Below the pieces are notes generated by a model, which was not told the DNA's origin, did no database searches, and saw only the letters and a program-made list of their open reading frames with translations. A stretch of 63,755 nt of DNA, filler included, from Octopus bimaculoides (taxonomy: Eukaryota): the NCBI RefSeq assembly GCF_001194135.2. It is 5 parts of 5 records of this genome, joined end to end, with 100 filler letters (N's around TTAATTAATTAA, not from the genome) between each part and the next. Parts side by side here need not be neighbours in the genome. Positions count along the whole stretch, not along the records: positions 1 to 31,604 come from NC_068981.1; 4 more parts are not named here. One strand, 5' to 3'. The translations under genes were made by a program, and so were the position numbers. Below, one piece after another: positions 11,701-24,190 of the stretch (the first letter of the stretch is position 1; the number at the start of each line of letters is the position of its first letter).

Positions 11701-14700
11701 AGGACTACAATAGCTATAAGACAAAATCAATAGAAGCAAGAAATCACTGACGTTTAAAAAGTGCATAAAGAGATTAGTTTGGAGTAGTGGGCCAAGAATA
11801 CACTACACGAATAATAAAAACACAAACGGCGACACATTCGCTTTATTTCGACTCCAACTTAGAATGTAATGCCCAGTTGATGGACTGAACTATTGAAACA
11901 GTGGCTAAATAAAAGGTAACTAAAATTAAATATGTCGATTATTGAGATCTGGAATGTAAGCATACATAAGATTGTGTTTGTGAGTATTAAGAGCGTATGG
12001 GTTTAAGAAATGAAAATTCTAGCCATAATTACTATAAATATTTTGAATGTTTGACATATACATATTCAATCTGAGAATTACTGAATTTCTATATTGATTA
12101 CTTATCGATATTTAATACATTCTATATCCGTTTTAAAACAAAACAAAAATCACATTTTGTTCTTTGTATGTATTTTTCTTTCTCCTAATCTTTTTAAGCC
12201 AGTATGATCGACATTGTATTCAACGTCCCTCTCAAAGCAAACAAGAAATCACGACAGTTATCTTTGTGACTTTGTTCCGATGCAAACAGCAGACAGAACG
12301 CATTTCAGTCGTAACATATTGTCTACAAATAAGATTCACACAATAGAAAATGTGACGATGACTGTACAATGCATGGGAAAACAGCGTGCAGCCAAAATTA
12401 TGAAAGGCTTCTACAGTAAGTTTTCCGCATCAGGGCTTCCTTCCGGCAAAGCAGTAATATCAAAATGTGCACGAATTCCAACTCGTCTTCGTAGCACACA
12501 TATATAATGATTCATTTATGACACCCAGTCATTCCGATTTCCCGTATGTTTTACGTGTGCATATATCCAGTTATTTTGGTTGCATTAAGTTCATCTCCAC
12601 CATTTACTTATCCTTGACATGAAAATGTTTCTCCTACATTGTATTCCCTCTCCATCAATTTAATCTTTCGAATACCCCCTGAAATCTCTTCGCATTTTAT
12701 ACCGATGATGCTAATGCAAAACTGAAAATATTTACAATCCTAATATCTCTACATAAATTGGTACATCCTGCCTAATCGCAGATACATACCACATATCCAC
12801 ATAATATAAAACATTTTCCATGGCGAGTCACAAATAACAATTATAAATTTATTCCAAAATACTAACATGCATAAAAAAATCAATCAACAATAAATACCTA
12901 TTAATAATTTTTTCTGATTTTGTGAATCAATTAAACTCTAATTGTAAAACTACAGAAAATGTAGATTGCCTTCAACCGGCTGTCTTTCAGACTAGTCCTT
13001 TTTTTTTCTCAGATCAAATAGTGCATAAGTTAAAGTATTTTATCACTGTTCTACGTAACTTCTTGAACGATTAATAACGACTTCATTTTGTCGCTTTGGC
13101 CTGCCAGAAAAAAAACCATTTAAATACATTTAAAACACTTGAATATCTAAAACTGATATCAAAGGATGTTGCACTAGTTAAAAGACGTCTGAATAAAGAT
13201 AGTTGTTAGAAGACCACTTCATAGATGTGCCAATTCAATTAATGTTGGCTGAGGGTTAAACAATATTCACAGCAAAAATGTGTAACTGAGCAGAATTAGA
13301 ATAAATAAATATTCAATAGATTCAATAAGTGATGCTATCCAAGGAGTAGAACATTGATTTAAAATTGCCGAAATTGTATTTCGTTTCATTGCGAGAGTAT
13401 TGTACGATAGCATAAATACCAGTAATATAAGAAAGACAAATTATGTAAAACATTTATAAAATAGCATTTTTAGTTTACAAAAAGCATCACTATTAAAGAA
13501 ACAAAGCTATGGTGAAAAATTCTGAGAAGCTATGTCCCCAGAAAGTATAGGGTATCGGCTTTGTAATTACAAAATTGATTAGTCTGTATCTGTTGTTTTG
13601 TTTTCTCGATGCAGTGTTATATTATAATGTAATGTATACGCCGAATAATGTATAGTCTTCTTTAAAAATTGACCTTACGTCCGCTCAAAAGTGTACAAGC
13701 TGTTCTTCAATAATTCTTCTTCGGTATGGATTCTGACCGTCGGACTGATCTAGCCATATTTACATTAGTGAGAGAGAACTGTTTTTTTATTTTTCTAACT
13801 CATTATAGAAGCAGAGCTAGTGAATATTGAAAGTGCAGACCACAGCAACGAGAATGTAATTAAAAATAAAATAGAAAGAAAAGCACTAAGAAAGATAACA
13901 ACACACCAAAAATATAGAAATAAAAAGGAAAGAGACTGCACAAACTTATACGTTCAATAATATAATTACTGCAACAATACAACTATTTCAAGATTTATAG
14001 AATATAATTTATACCATGATCGCTAGTTTAATCAAAATATATGTCTCAACGTCGTTGAAAATTTAATCTCGTTAGGGTCACAGAAAAATAACGAAACAAT
14101 TTATCACTAAGAGCAATCGAATAACATCGAGATACTTCAGGAAAATAATCAATAGGCTATTGATTATCGTATAAGAATTTTAATTTTTCAGTTACAGCAT
14201 ATCTGTAAAATTCACCTTTCCAAACATTATTGGATTTAAGTAATAATAATTAATATAAGCTGCGTTTGCATTATGATTAAAATAACGCTATATTATTTTC
14301 CTTATACATTTTTACACATTCTCATACACAGACGCGTATATACACACATGTATAAGAACAAACAATTGATTGTGTGAGTGCATGTGCGTGAGATGTGTAT
14401 GATTTTTACGAGTATGTATACATATATAATACAAAATGGGACAAGAACGCAAAACATTCAGACAGTTAAGTGATACAAGAAAGCGACAACAAAACATCCA
14501 GACAGACGATACAAAGAAAACAAGGAGAGGTCATTCGGAGTTTTCTTTCCTCAGTCGAGATCCAAATTATCTTTGCAATTTCAACTGGTTATTCTCGCTA
14601 TTGCTTCAATCTGGCCTGCCCCAAGGAAAAACTAAGCTCAGAGCATTAGATTCCTTGGAAGAAAGCAGTGAATGTATACAAAAATAAGGACGGAAAAAAA

Positions 14701-16764
14701 CGAATAGTGTTACACAAATACAATAAAAATAAAATAATAACAGGACATAACAACAGATGTCTTTCGACTAATGACGACTTAAATTAAGCTGGGGTGTGTG
14801 GAAATAAAGCCTTACGGCAGGGATACTAGATTTCACAGGCACAGGGAGGAATATCGATGTTGCACGCACAACGGCCGGCCAATAAGTCCTCAACACCGCA
14901 TTGGTGAATATAATTCCTTTATTTGTGAATTAAGGCTACCATTGGTTTCATGCTGTAGGAAGTAGGAAAATATCCCAGGGACTTAACAATTTTTCAAGCC
15001 GATCACATGGAAGAAAGTTGTCCGATTGCTTTTTGGAAAACAAAGTGGCGTGGAATTGATGGCAATTCTCTTGCATAAAACAATGACTCAAAGGACGCTA
15101 CTTATGGTGGGCATCTTTTGAGTGGTTGTTTCCCTTGGATTTGGCGTTTGGACAAAATAATCACGTGGTAAATTTGTTTGCATTATCTTCCATTAAGTTC
15201 TGGGTGGGATGTTCTTATGCTTGTGTGCTGAGGCAGTTCCTCATGGGAGTATATTTCTTCTGTGTGTGAAGTTCGTTTGTTATCCATGTTCAAATTTCAC
15301 TTTCAGGAAAGGGTTATTCTGGTGGGATTAGCGTCGCAGATGATGGCTCCTCTTTGCAGTATTTAGGTGAAAATTATTGTTTGTGCATGCAAGAAGAGAC
15401 GATTTCATCCCTAATGTTAAGGATGTAGTATGTTGACTGTATAATATTTAGTTTTTCAGTAATATAGATTTCATAATTGGTACCCGTCCTCCCTATTTTG
15501 GGGCTTTAGCATTAATGTTCCATTTAATATGGAGACGGTGTTATCAATATATATATATATATATACAGAGAGAAAGAGAGAGGCAAGAAGGAGAGAGACA
15601 GAAGTACGAACAGAATGAACGGAAAATAACACATAGTATGTCACTAACTCCTCTTCATTTATTATTTGGACGATCATGGAAATTTCGCGCTTTACCAATA
15701 ATATTGTTCCCTTTCGTTGACGCTAGCGGGAGAAGTCGTTGAGAAATAGTGAGCAAACAAGGAATCAAAACGACAGAGAGTGAACATACGGACAAAATAG
15801 AAAAGAAAATTATAAATTATACAAACAAAATAATATTGAGTACGGAACGAATAGCAAACAGGCAAGGGAGTAAGACGAAATCAAACACTGTATAATGTTA
15901 GCATACAAACAAAATGAAACAGATAAACAGGATAAAGTTTTACGGTTCACCACTGTCGGATTATGTCTGTATATGTGGGTACATAAATGAGTATGCTTAT
16001 TTGCACATGCTGAGTCAAAAGTTTTTTCGCATATATCAAGGTTTTAATGTTCAAACGAGTCACTTATTCAAACAAGTCAAATACTCAAACAAGCCACAAG
16101 GCAATCTCAGAGCTATGGAAACTTTCCTTATGAACAAATTGAGAAATTCAACAACAGGAAGGGACGGCCCGAACCAGACTGGTTACTATAGGAACACTAG
16201 TCTGCGCGTAACGTTCCCCCCTATCTCCTTCTCCTACACACATATGAGAAGCGAGTTTTTAACCGACTACCGATTTTCCCAAATGTCCTGATGAAGATGG
16301 CTTCACAGCGAAATACAGAAATATGGGGTAAAATTGCAACTTTGTTTTCCTTTTGTAGTTTATTTTATACCTTCTTCCATTGTTCCACACAAAAATCTCC
16401 TTCATATGTATACATATGTGTGTGTGCTTGTGTTTGTGCGTGTGTTTTTATGTGCTTGCGTGTATGCATGTGTATGTGTGTATGCATGTGTATGTGTGTA
16501 TGTATGTGCATGTGTGTGTGTGTGTGTAGCAGAGGCCTGATCACTCTTGAATATTATCTACCCACATTATGGCTTTTCACATTTAGGTACTGATTATGGT
16601 TTACCAGGTGATCGTCAGCTCCATTTAGTTTGGCTTGGATCGTCCACCTAGCGTCTATCCATCAAATGCGAGCATTTTGGCCGGTTAAAAAGAGCGAGTT
16701 GAGGTTTTGCTACGAGGCATTTTGGAACTTTGATGTGTGAGCAGTTTTGATTCCACTTTACAGT

Positions 16765-16945
16765 TTCAACATTTTGAAGAGAATTGTAACCGGAATCCTT
16801 GAAACTATGCCTCGTATCTCTTCAACATTTTGAATATAACTATAACCAGAACTCTTGACGATATGGTTTCTGTCGTACCAACATTTTAAATAGAACTGTA
16901 AGCAGAATTTCTGATGCTATGCTTCATGTTTTCTAACCTTTTTAT
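16765..16945. repeat. Degenerate 56-bp minisatellite, ~3.2 units
   Basis: (TT)CAACATTTT recurs at 16765, 16821 and ~16877 (period 56), with a weaker fourth start near 16932; units share GAA...TAACC...TTGA...TATG. Confidence 0.75.
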
Positions 16946-18496
16946 ATGCCAATTTTATGAGCATTTGAATATATACAATGTAATTTACAATTTGTATATA
17001 ATTTTAGGGGCGGTATAATTGTTTCAGTGCGGCCGACTGTAACTTGCCTTTCCATTTATTTATTGATGTCTATCCTGACCTCATTTAACAGAAGAAATAT
17101 TATCTGACCTCAGACGGCATTTCATACAACCACCACACCATATATATCGCTACATATATATACAATAAGCTGAGGAAAAGAAATCCTTCAAAGGGATGTG
17201 TTAAACATCCAATTTATAATATTTAATGTAATATTGCAATATAAATAAATTATTNNNNNNNNNNNNNNNNNNNNNNNNNNNNNNNNNNNNNNNNNNNNNN
17301 NNNNNNNNNNNNNNNNNNNNNNNNNNNNNNNNNNNNNNNNNNNNNNNNNNNNNNNNNNNNNNNNNNNNNNNNNNNNNNNNNNNNNNNNNNNNNNNNNNNN
17401 NNNNNNNNNNNNNNNNNNNNNNNNNNNNNNNNNNNNNNNNNNNNNNNNNNNNNNNNNNNNNNNNNNNNNNNNNNNNNNNNNNNNNNNNNNNNNNNNNNNN
17501 NNNNNNNNNNNNNNNNNNNNNNNNNNNNNNNNNNNNNNNNNNNNNNNNNNNNNNNNNNNNNNNNNNNNNNNNNNNNNNNNNNNNNNNNNNNNNNNNNNNN
17601 NNNNNNNNNNNNNNNNNNNNNNNNNNNNNNNNNNNNNNNNNNNNNNNNNNNNNNNNNNNNNNNNNNNNNNNNNNNNNNNNNNNNNNNNNNNNNNNNNNNN
17701 NNNNNNNNNNNNNNNNNNNNNNNNNNNNNNNNNNNNNNNNNNNNNNNNNNNNNNNNNNNNNNNNNNNNNNNNNNNNNNNNNNNNNNNNNNNNNNNNNNNN
17801 NNNNNNNNNNNNNNNNNNNNNNNNNNNNNNNNNNNNNNNNNNNNNNNNNNNNNNNNNNNNNNNNNNNNNNNNNNNNNNNNNNNNNNNNNNNNNNNNNNNN
17901 NNNNNNNNNNNNNNNNNNNNNNNNNNNNNNNNNNNNNNNNNNNNNNNNNNNNNNNNNNNNNNNNNNNNNNNNNNNNNNNNNNNNNNNNNNNNNNNNNNNN
18001 NNNNNNNNNNNNNNNNNNNNNNNNNNNNNNNNNNNNNNNNNNNNNNNNNNNNNNNNNNNNNNNNNNNNNNNNNNNNNNNNNNNNNNNNNNNNNNNNNNNN
18101 NNNNNNNNNNNNNNNNNNNNNNNNNNNNNNNNNNNNNNNNNNNNNNNNNNNNNNNNNNNNNNNNNNNNNNNNNNNNNNNNNNNNNNNNNNNNNNNNNNNN
18201 NNNNNNNNNNNNNNNNNNNNNNNNNNNNNNNNNNNNNNNNNNNNNNNTATATATATATGTATATATGTATATATATATATATATATATATACATATACCT
18301 ATACATACACATATACATAAAAAAACAACGTCACCACGCATGTACTGTACGCTGCACAAATGCTAAAACAAACCCAGATTTGAACGTGATTTTCACCTTT
18401 CATAGCTATTATTTTAACTGCCATATGACACATTATTTGGAAAAAAAAACTATGGCATGACATTCTCATAACCTTAACACACGTCCGTAGTGTAAG

Positions 18497-18531
18497 ACTA
18501 ACAGGAAATTCCTTTACATTTCCAGGTAAGC
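18497..18531 (+). promoter_or_regulatory. Candidate recursive splice site (branch point, polypyrimidine tract, CAG/GTAAGC)
   Basis: ACTAAC (18497-18502), TTCCTTTACATTTCCAG (ends 18525), then GTAAGC directly. Sequence motif only. Confidence 0.3.
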
Positions 18532-20163
18532 ATCTTCAATCAATCGGTCAATGTCTTAACTCAAGACAGTTTGAGCAACATTCTTTTCTTTAAGAAATAA
18601 TCTCTGAAACGTCAGGCAGAACAAAAGATCTCTAGATCAATAAACAGAACATATACAGTCCTGACACTACTCTGTATACTAAACATATTTCAAAATAGAA
18701 TGTTAAACCGGTGAAGTGCGTATCTCTCTTTCTCTCTTTCTATGTGTGTGTGTTTGCATGTTTGCGCGCGTGTTCGTGTGTGCGTGTGTATACAAGTCGT
18801 TGTATATATATATATATNNNNNNNNNNNNNNNNNNNNNNNNNNNNNNNNNNNNNNNNNNNNNNNNNNNNNNNNNNNNNNNNNNNNNNNNNNNNNNNNNNN
18901 NNNNNNNNNNNNNNNNNNNNNNNNNNNNNNNNNNNNNNNNNNNNNNNNNNNNNNNNNNNNNNNNNNNNNNNNNNNNNNNNNNNNNNNNNNNNNNNNNNNN
19001 NNNNNNNNNNNNNNNNNNNNNNNNNNNNNNNNNNNNNNNNNNNNNNNNNNNNNNNNNNNNNNNNNNNNNNNNNNNNNNNNNNNNNNNNNNNNNNNNNNNN
19101 NNNNNNNNNNNNNNNNNNNNNNNNNNNNNNNNNNNNNNNNNNNNNNNNNNNNNNNNNNNNNNNNNNNNNNNNNNNNNNNNNNNNNNNNNNNNNNNNNNNN
19201 NNNNNNNNNNNNNNNNNNNNNNNNNNNNNNNNNNNNNNNNNNNNNNNNNNNNNNNNNNNNNNNNNNNNNNNNNNNNNNNNNNNNNNNNNNNNNNNNNNNN
19301 NNNNNNNNNNNNNNNNNNNNNNNNNNNNNNNNNNNNNNNNNNNNNNNNNNNNNNNNNNNNNNNNNNNNNNNNNNNNNNNNNNNNNNNNNNNNNNNNNNNN
19401 NNNNNNNNNNNNNNNNNNNNNNNNNNNNNNNNNNNNNNNNNNNNNNNNNNNNNNNNNNNNNNNNNNNNNNNNNNNNNNNNNNNNNNNNNNNNNNNNNNNN
19501 NNNNNNNNNNNNNNNNNNNNNNNNNNNNNNNNNNNNNNNNNNNNNNNNNNNNNNNNNNNNNNNNNNNNNNNNNNNNNNNNNNNNNNNNNNNNNNNNNNNN
19601 NNNNNNNNNNNNNNNNNNNNNNNNNNNNNNNNNNNNNNNNNNNNNNNNNNNNNNNNNNNNNNNNNNNNNNNNNNNNNNNNNNNNNNNNNNNNNNNNNNNN
19701 NNNNNNNNNNNNNNNNNNNNNNNNNNNNNNNNNNTATATATATATATATATATATATATTAGTTTCATTTCTATAACTTTCACGATGATATATTTATGTA
19801 TGTATATGTATGTATATGTATGCATGTATATGGATGTATGTATATGTTTATCTATATATATATCTATGTGTATATGTATATATATATATATATGTGTGTG
19901 TATATGTATATATATGAATCAATATATATGTATATTTATGTATATATATATGTATGCTTACATATGCATATATATGTGTGTAGGTGTATGTATATATTTG
20001 GAATTACATATATGCAGGATTTACATACTGGTACGAATGATTACGACCAAGAAAAATATTCAAAGATCTTCGTGGCCCAGACGTGAACAAATAAATGGAA
20101 GATAACAAGAACGCCAGATATTCAAAACTATATATATATATATATATATAAATATATGTGTGT

Positions 20164-20203
<40 letters not shown>

Positions 20204-20942
20204 GTATATATGTATGTATGTAGGTATATATATATATATATAGTTTTAGTGGAAAGAACCAAGTTTCATGAACTCATCAATGAAAATCCACTATCACATA
20301 TAGAAAAATTAATAATAAAAAGCACAATAAATGAGTATAATATAATACAAAATAAATATCATAATATATAGATAATAAAATGACTACACGTGTTTCATAA
20401 CTAATTTTCAAATAGAAAGGAAATTTAAATCGATTAAAATCAATTAAAATTATCGAAAATAAATCTTATTCAAAAATACAGCTAATCGTCAGGTCGTAAA
20501 TAGAACAATAATTATAATAAATAAATATATATATCAACTAATATTAAGTGCCAAATGAATTCATATAAAAATTGAACTCACAACCATACAATCCTAAGCC
20601 GAATACTCTATCTATTAAGCCACACACCTTCACACCGATAAAGTAAAGTACCAACTGCAAACTAGGGTTTATGATATCGGCTAAACTACCCAGTCAAAAA
20701 ATAGATTACGTTTAGAATAATTCGATAATTATTAATTCAGCTGCAAGCAAATAATTGAGGCTACGCTTTTCTGACTTACGTAAGTCACACAGCAGTATTT
20801 AATATGATATAATTTATTTGCTCTGTGCTTTTCATTTCGCCACATTGACTAACAAATAATTGGGAATTATGGTACATGAGCTATCAGTAGTAGGTAGACA
20901 AATATAAATATACACAAACTCACAAACTCATTCATATATGTG

Positions 20943-21021
<79 letters not shown>

Positions 21022-21589
21022 ATACATGCATATACATATGTGTGTACGTGTTGTATATGTGTGTACACACATGTGTATACATACATAAGCTCATACATTT
21101 TTTTAAACATATATCAGAAGTTACTGTTTTATTATAGTGGCTTTGAATATTATAAGTTGCATAAAAATATCGTAGAGTAATTCATTTGAATATACTTACG
21201 TTAGACAATTTTCCTGGAGCCTAGTGAAATCAATAAATCAATATCTTACTTTTTCTATAGAATATTTCTATAAAATCGACAAACATATCCAAGCGTGAGT
21301 CAAATTACTTAGTATAAAGTATTACCGGGGTTTACTTGCTTAAATCTAAAATACACTCGTTTCATCACTTTGGTATGTTGCTACTATAACATAATTCTAT
21401 TTTTTTTCATTTATTTATATTCATGAATTTTTTCTTCAATAATGGTTCAACTACCCATAGACGTAAAATTTATATTTTCGACAGAGATTGATACACTAAC
21501 AAACAATGGAAATATTTATTACAACAATCCCATACACAATAAATCATTGTTTGAGCAAAACTCTGGTGTCGGAGGCCAAATAGATAACA

Positions 21590-21680
21590 AACCAAACTTT
21601 AATTTTCTCGCTATTTGATTCAGTGCCTCCTACGTTCCACACGTTAACGATTCGATTTTGATTTAATAAATTATGTACAA
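21590..21680 (-). mobile_element. 3' remnant of CR1/L2-type LINE
   Basis: Minus frame contains NRIVNVWN, the conserved C-terminal motif of CR1/L2-type ORF2; surrounding sequence is decayed. Confidence 0.4.
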
Positions 21681-21781
21681 GTAATATTGCGCAGGAGCAA
21701 GAATTATCGGGGCGTTGTAACCTCTGATATATGTATGTATGTATGTATGTATCTGTGTGCGTGCCTGTGTGTGTGTATGTT

Positions 21782-21820
<39 letters not shown>

Positions 21821-22179
21821 CCGAGCGTCATACTAATATATACTTTTGTTATTTACACCACCTGTCCTCGTCTGTTGTTATTTTTTGTATATTCTCCTAT
21901 ATATNNNNNNNNNNNNNNNNNNNNNNNNNNNNNNNNNNNNNNNNNNNNNNNNNNNNNNNNNNNNNNNNNNNNNNNNNNNNNNNNNNNNNNNNNNNNNNNN
22001 NNNNNNNNNNNNNNNNNNNNNNNNNNNNNNNNNNNNNNNNNNNNNNNNNNNNNNNNNNNNNNNNNNNNNNNNNNNNNNNNNNNNNNNNNNNNNNNNNNNN
22101 NNNNNNNNNNNNNNNNNNACAGAGAAAAAATAACTCGAGTGTCTTGAAGATTTTGGAGTAGGAAGTTTTTTTAAGTTTT

Positions 22180-22222
<43 letters not shown>

Positions 22223-22223
22223 T

Positions 22224-22306
<83 letters not shown>
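22180..22306. repeat. (GATA)n microsatellite
   Basis: Seen directly. Confidence 0.95.
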
Positions 22307-23699
22307 TGTCTATATATATGTATGTATATAGATATACATACATTCTTACACACATATATACTCCCACTCTCTCTATCACTTTCAAACACACACACGCAAA
22401 CACATATACATGTTAAGCGATTTAGACATATGATGGTTAATATCGTTTTGCTTCGCGTATTTTCATTGATCGTAATTGTTTGATACTGACATTTTCTAGA
22501 AAATAGCTCCGTTATCTCTAGAATTTTCCCTCGGGTTTTCATTAAATATACTTCCCTCTCCATAGGGACCAACATTCTGCTAATCCTTGTTAATTATAAT
22601 ATATTAGTCTACGACGTTTTGCGTTACAATTACATTCCACTACGCTTAGTTCCTTAATAGTCCGTTGGTACTTTGATGGCAATTTCTATGACCTCTTAGA
22701 TGATATTCCTTCAATCTTCCCTCATATTCTGCCGCGTCTTTAATAACTTTAAAAATGAATACGTATGCATTTTCAGGATGAACTAGGCATCTACTTTTTC
22801 GATTATTAATCAACTAAATATATTTCAGCTTCAAGTCATACCTTTTTGCTCCCGTATCTCCTATATTCATATGAACGGGCATAATACTATTGTTTTCTGT
22901 TCCAATATGATATTGAATTTGTTTTTGTTTTTTTGCTTTTTTTTTGTTGGTGGGGGGGGGGATGCTGATTCTAATGATCCTAATTATCATGGCATTGGTG
23001 TATTCCGTAATAACATATTTAAAATTTACAATGTTTCCTTATTGCTGCAGGAAAATTGAAATTCTTTCTTGATTTTGTTTATATTTTTGCATTATCCGAA
23101 ATCAAACTTAAACACAAAACTATAACTAAGATATTTCTGCGAAGACCATGTAGCNNNNNNNNNNNNNNNNNNNNNNNNNNNNNNNNNNNNNNNNNNNNNN
23201 NNNNNNNNNNNNNNNNNNNNNNNNNNNNNNNNNNNNNNNNNNNNNNNNNNNNNNNNNNNNNNNNNNNNNATGTATATATATATATATATAATCTTCCTTT
23301 CTCTCCCCTCTCTCTCCTTCCCTTTCTGTATATATATATATATATATACATACATATACCCACACACATAGTCTGTGTTGCATTATACCGGGTAACACAA
23401 CTCTTTTTGCTTGTCTAAATGTTTTTAGTGTTTCTAAGGTACTTTTTCTCCTTATTTCAAAACTACCCTTGAAAATTGCATAGCATCGATATTTTAGGTG
23501 ATAATTACTGCGATGGTACTTTATTTAACTGATTCATATTGTACATTAATAAGAACGAAAAATATTTTGTCCTAATATTTATTTTTAAACTAATGAGAAA
23601 TGTAAGCGAAACTATGGTGGGATTATATTAAGATTTTACAAGAAATGCACCGAAGATCCCGTTCTACTGTTAGCTCTTATAGATGTATGCACCAATGAT

Positions 23700-24190
23700 C
23701 GTATATACTCCATCATTGCAGTGTCCCATCTTCCTTGGTATCTTTTCTCCATTGTAGCAATATCCTGATGGAATCTTCTGCCATATTCCTCACTCACAAC
23801 AAAAGTTTAAATGCGAATATAAAATGTGTACCTTTAATGAAATTCTAGTCTCGATTCTCATAACTCAATAAGTTTTACTATCAGCTGTTTGTAGTTTGGG
23901 TTTTTGTTATTATGAAAGAACTCATTGTCAACATCTCGAAATGCACACTATGCCTCTCTTTCTATATCACTCATCACATTTTCAAGTTATACTGACCTAA
24001 GTATTTTCCTCACTTGTGGTTCAGTAAATATACCACCCTTAGATTTTGTCTTAGATAGCTTTGGAAAAAAGTAGATGAATCTCTTGAAATGCTCCTTTTC
24101 CACGATCTAAAGCCCTTACAAACTGTTTGACTGAATCCAGCTTTATGTGAAGTGGAGGTATCAACATTTTTGCAGGTTCTGTGATATATG
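23700..24190 (-). pseudogene. DNA transposon transposase remnant, Chapaev3-like (CMC superfamily)
   Basis: Minus strand with frameshifts reads PAKMLIPPLHIKLDSVKQFVRALDRGKGAF...FFPKLSKTKSKGGIFTEPQVRKIL...ISLKVHILYSHLNF..VSEEYGRRFHQDIATMEKRYQGRWDTAM. This matches the LPPLHIKLG / SLKIHFLHSHL / SDEHGERFHQDI..MEKRYQG motifs I recall for this family. Family name is from memory. Confidence 0.7.

Noticed and set aside
12214-12507. ORF with internal GTAAGT donor and a Cys-rich alternative frame (KCDDDCTMHGKTACS)
   Set aside because: Acceptor sites are weak and no family recognised.
14860-15430. More GC-balanced stretch suggesting a decayed LINE
   Set aside because: No RT or endonuclease motif recovered.
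16288-16313. CTGATGA...GAAA hammerhead-like spacing after ORF 15914..16291, whose end faintly resembles a GIY-YIG tail
   Set aside because: Stem II does not close on the core and no stem I or III can be drawn; at best a decayed Penelope end.
17188-20105. Long ORFs in the supplied track spanning N runs (also 28191-29207, 32891-33681, 40583-41677, 45188-45926)
   Set aside because: Their length comes from X residues in gaps and YI/CV/HT microsatellite translations. Only the start of 28191..29093 is real (R4 RT).
20381-20420. Minus-strand GAAA-CACGTG-TA-GTC, same 3' half as the 62515 hammerhead
   Set aside because: Core decayed to TTGAAAA with no stems I or II; remnant only.
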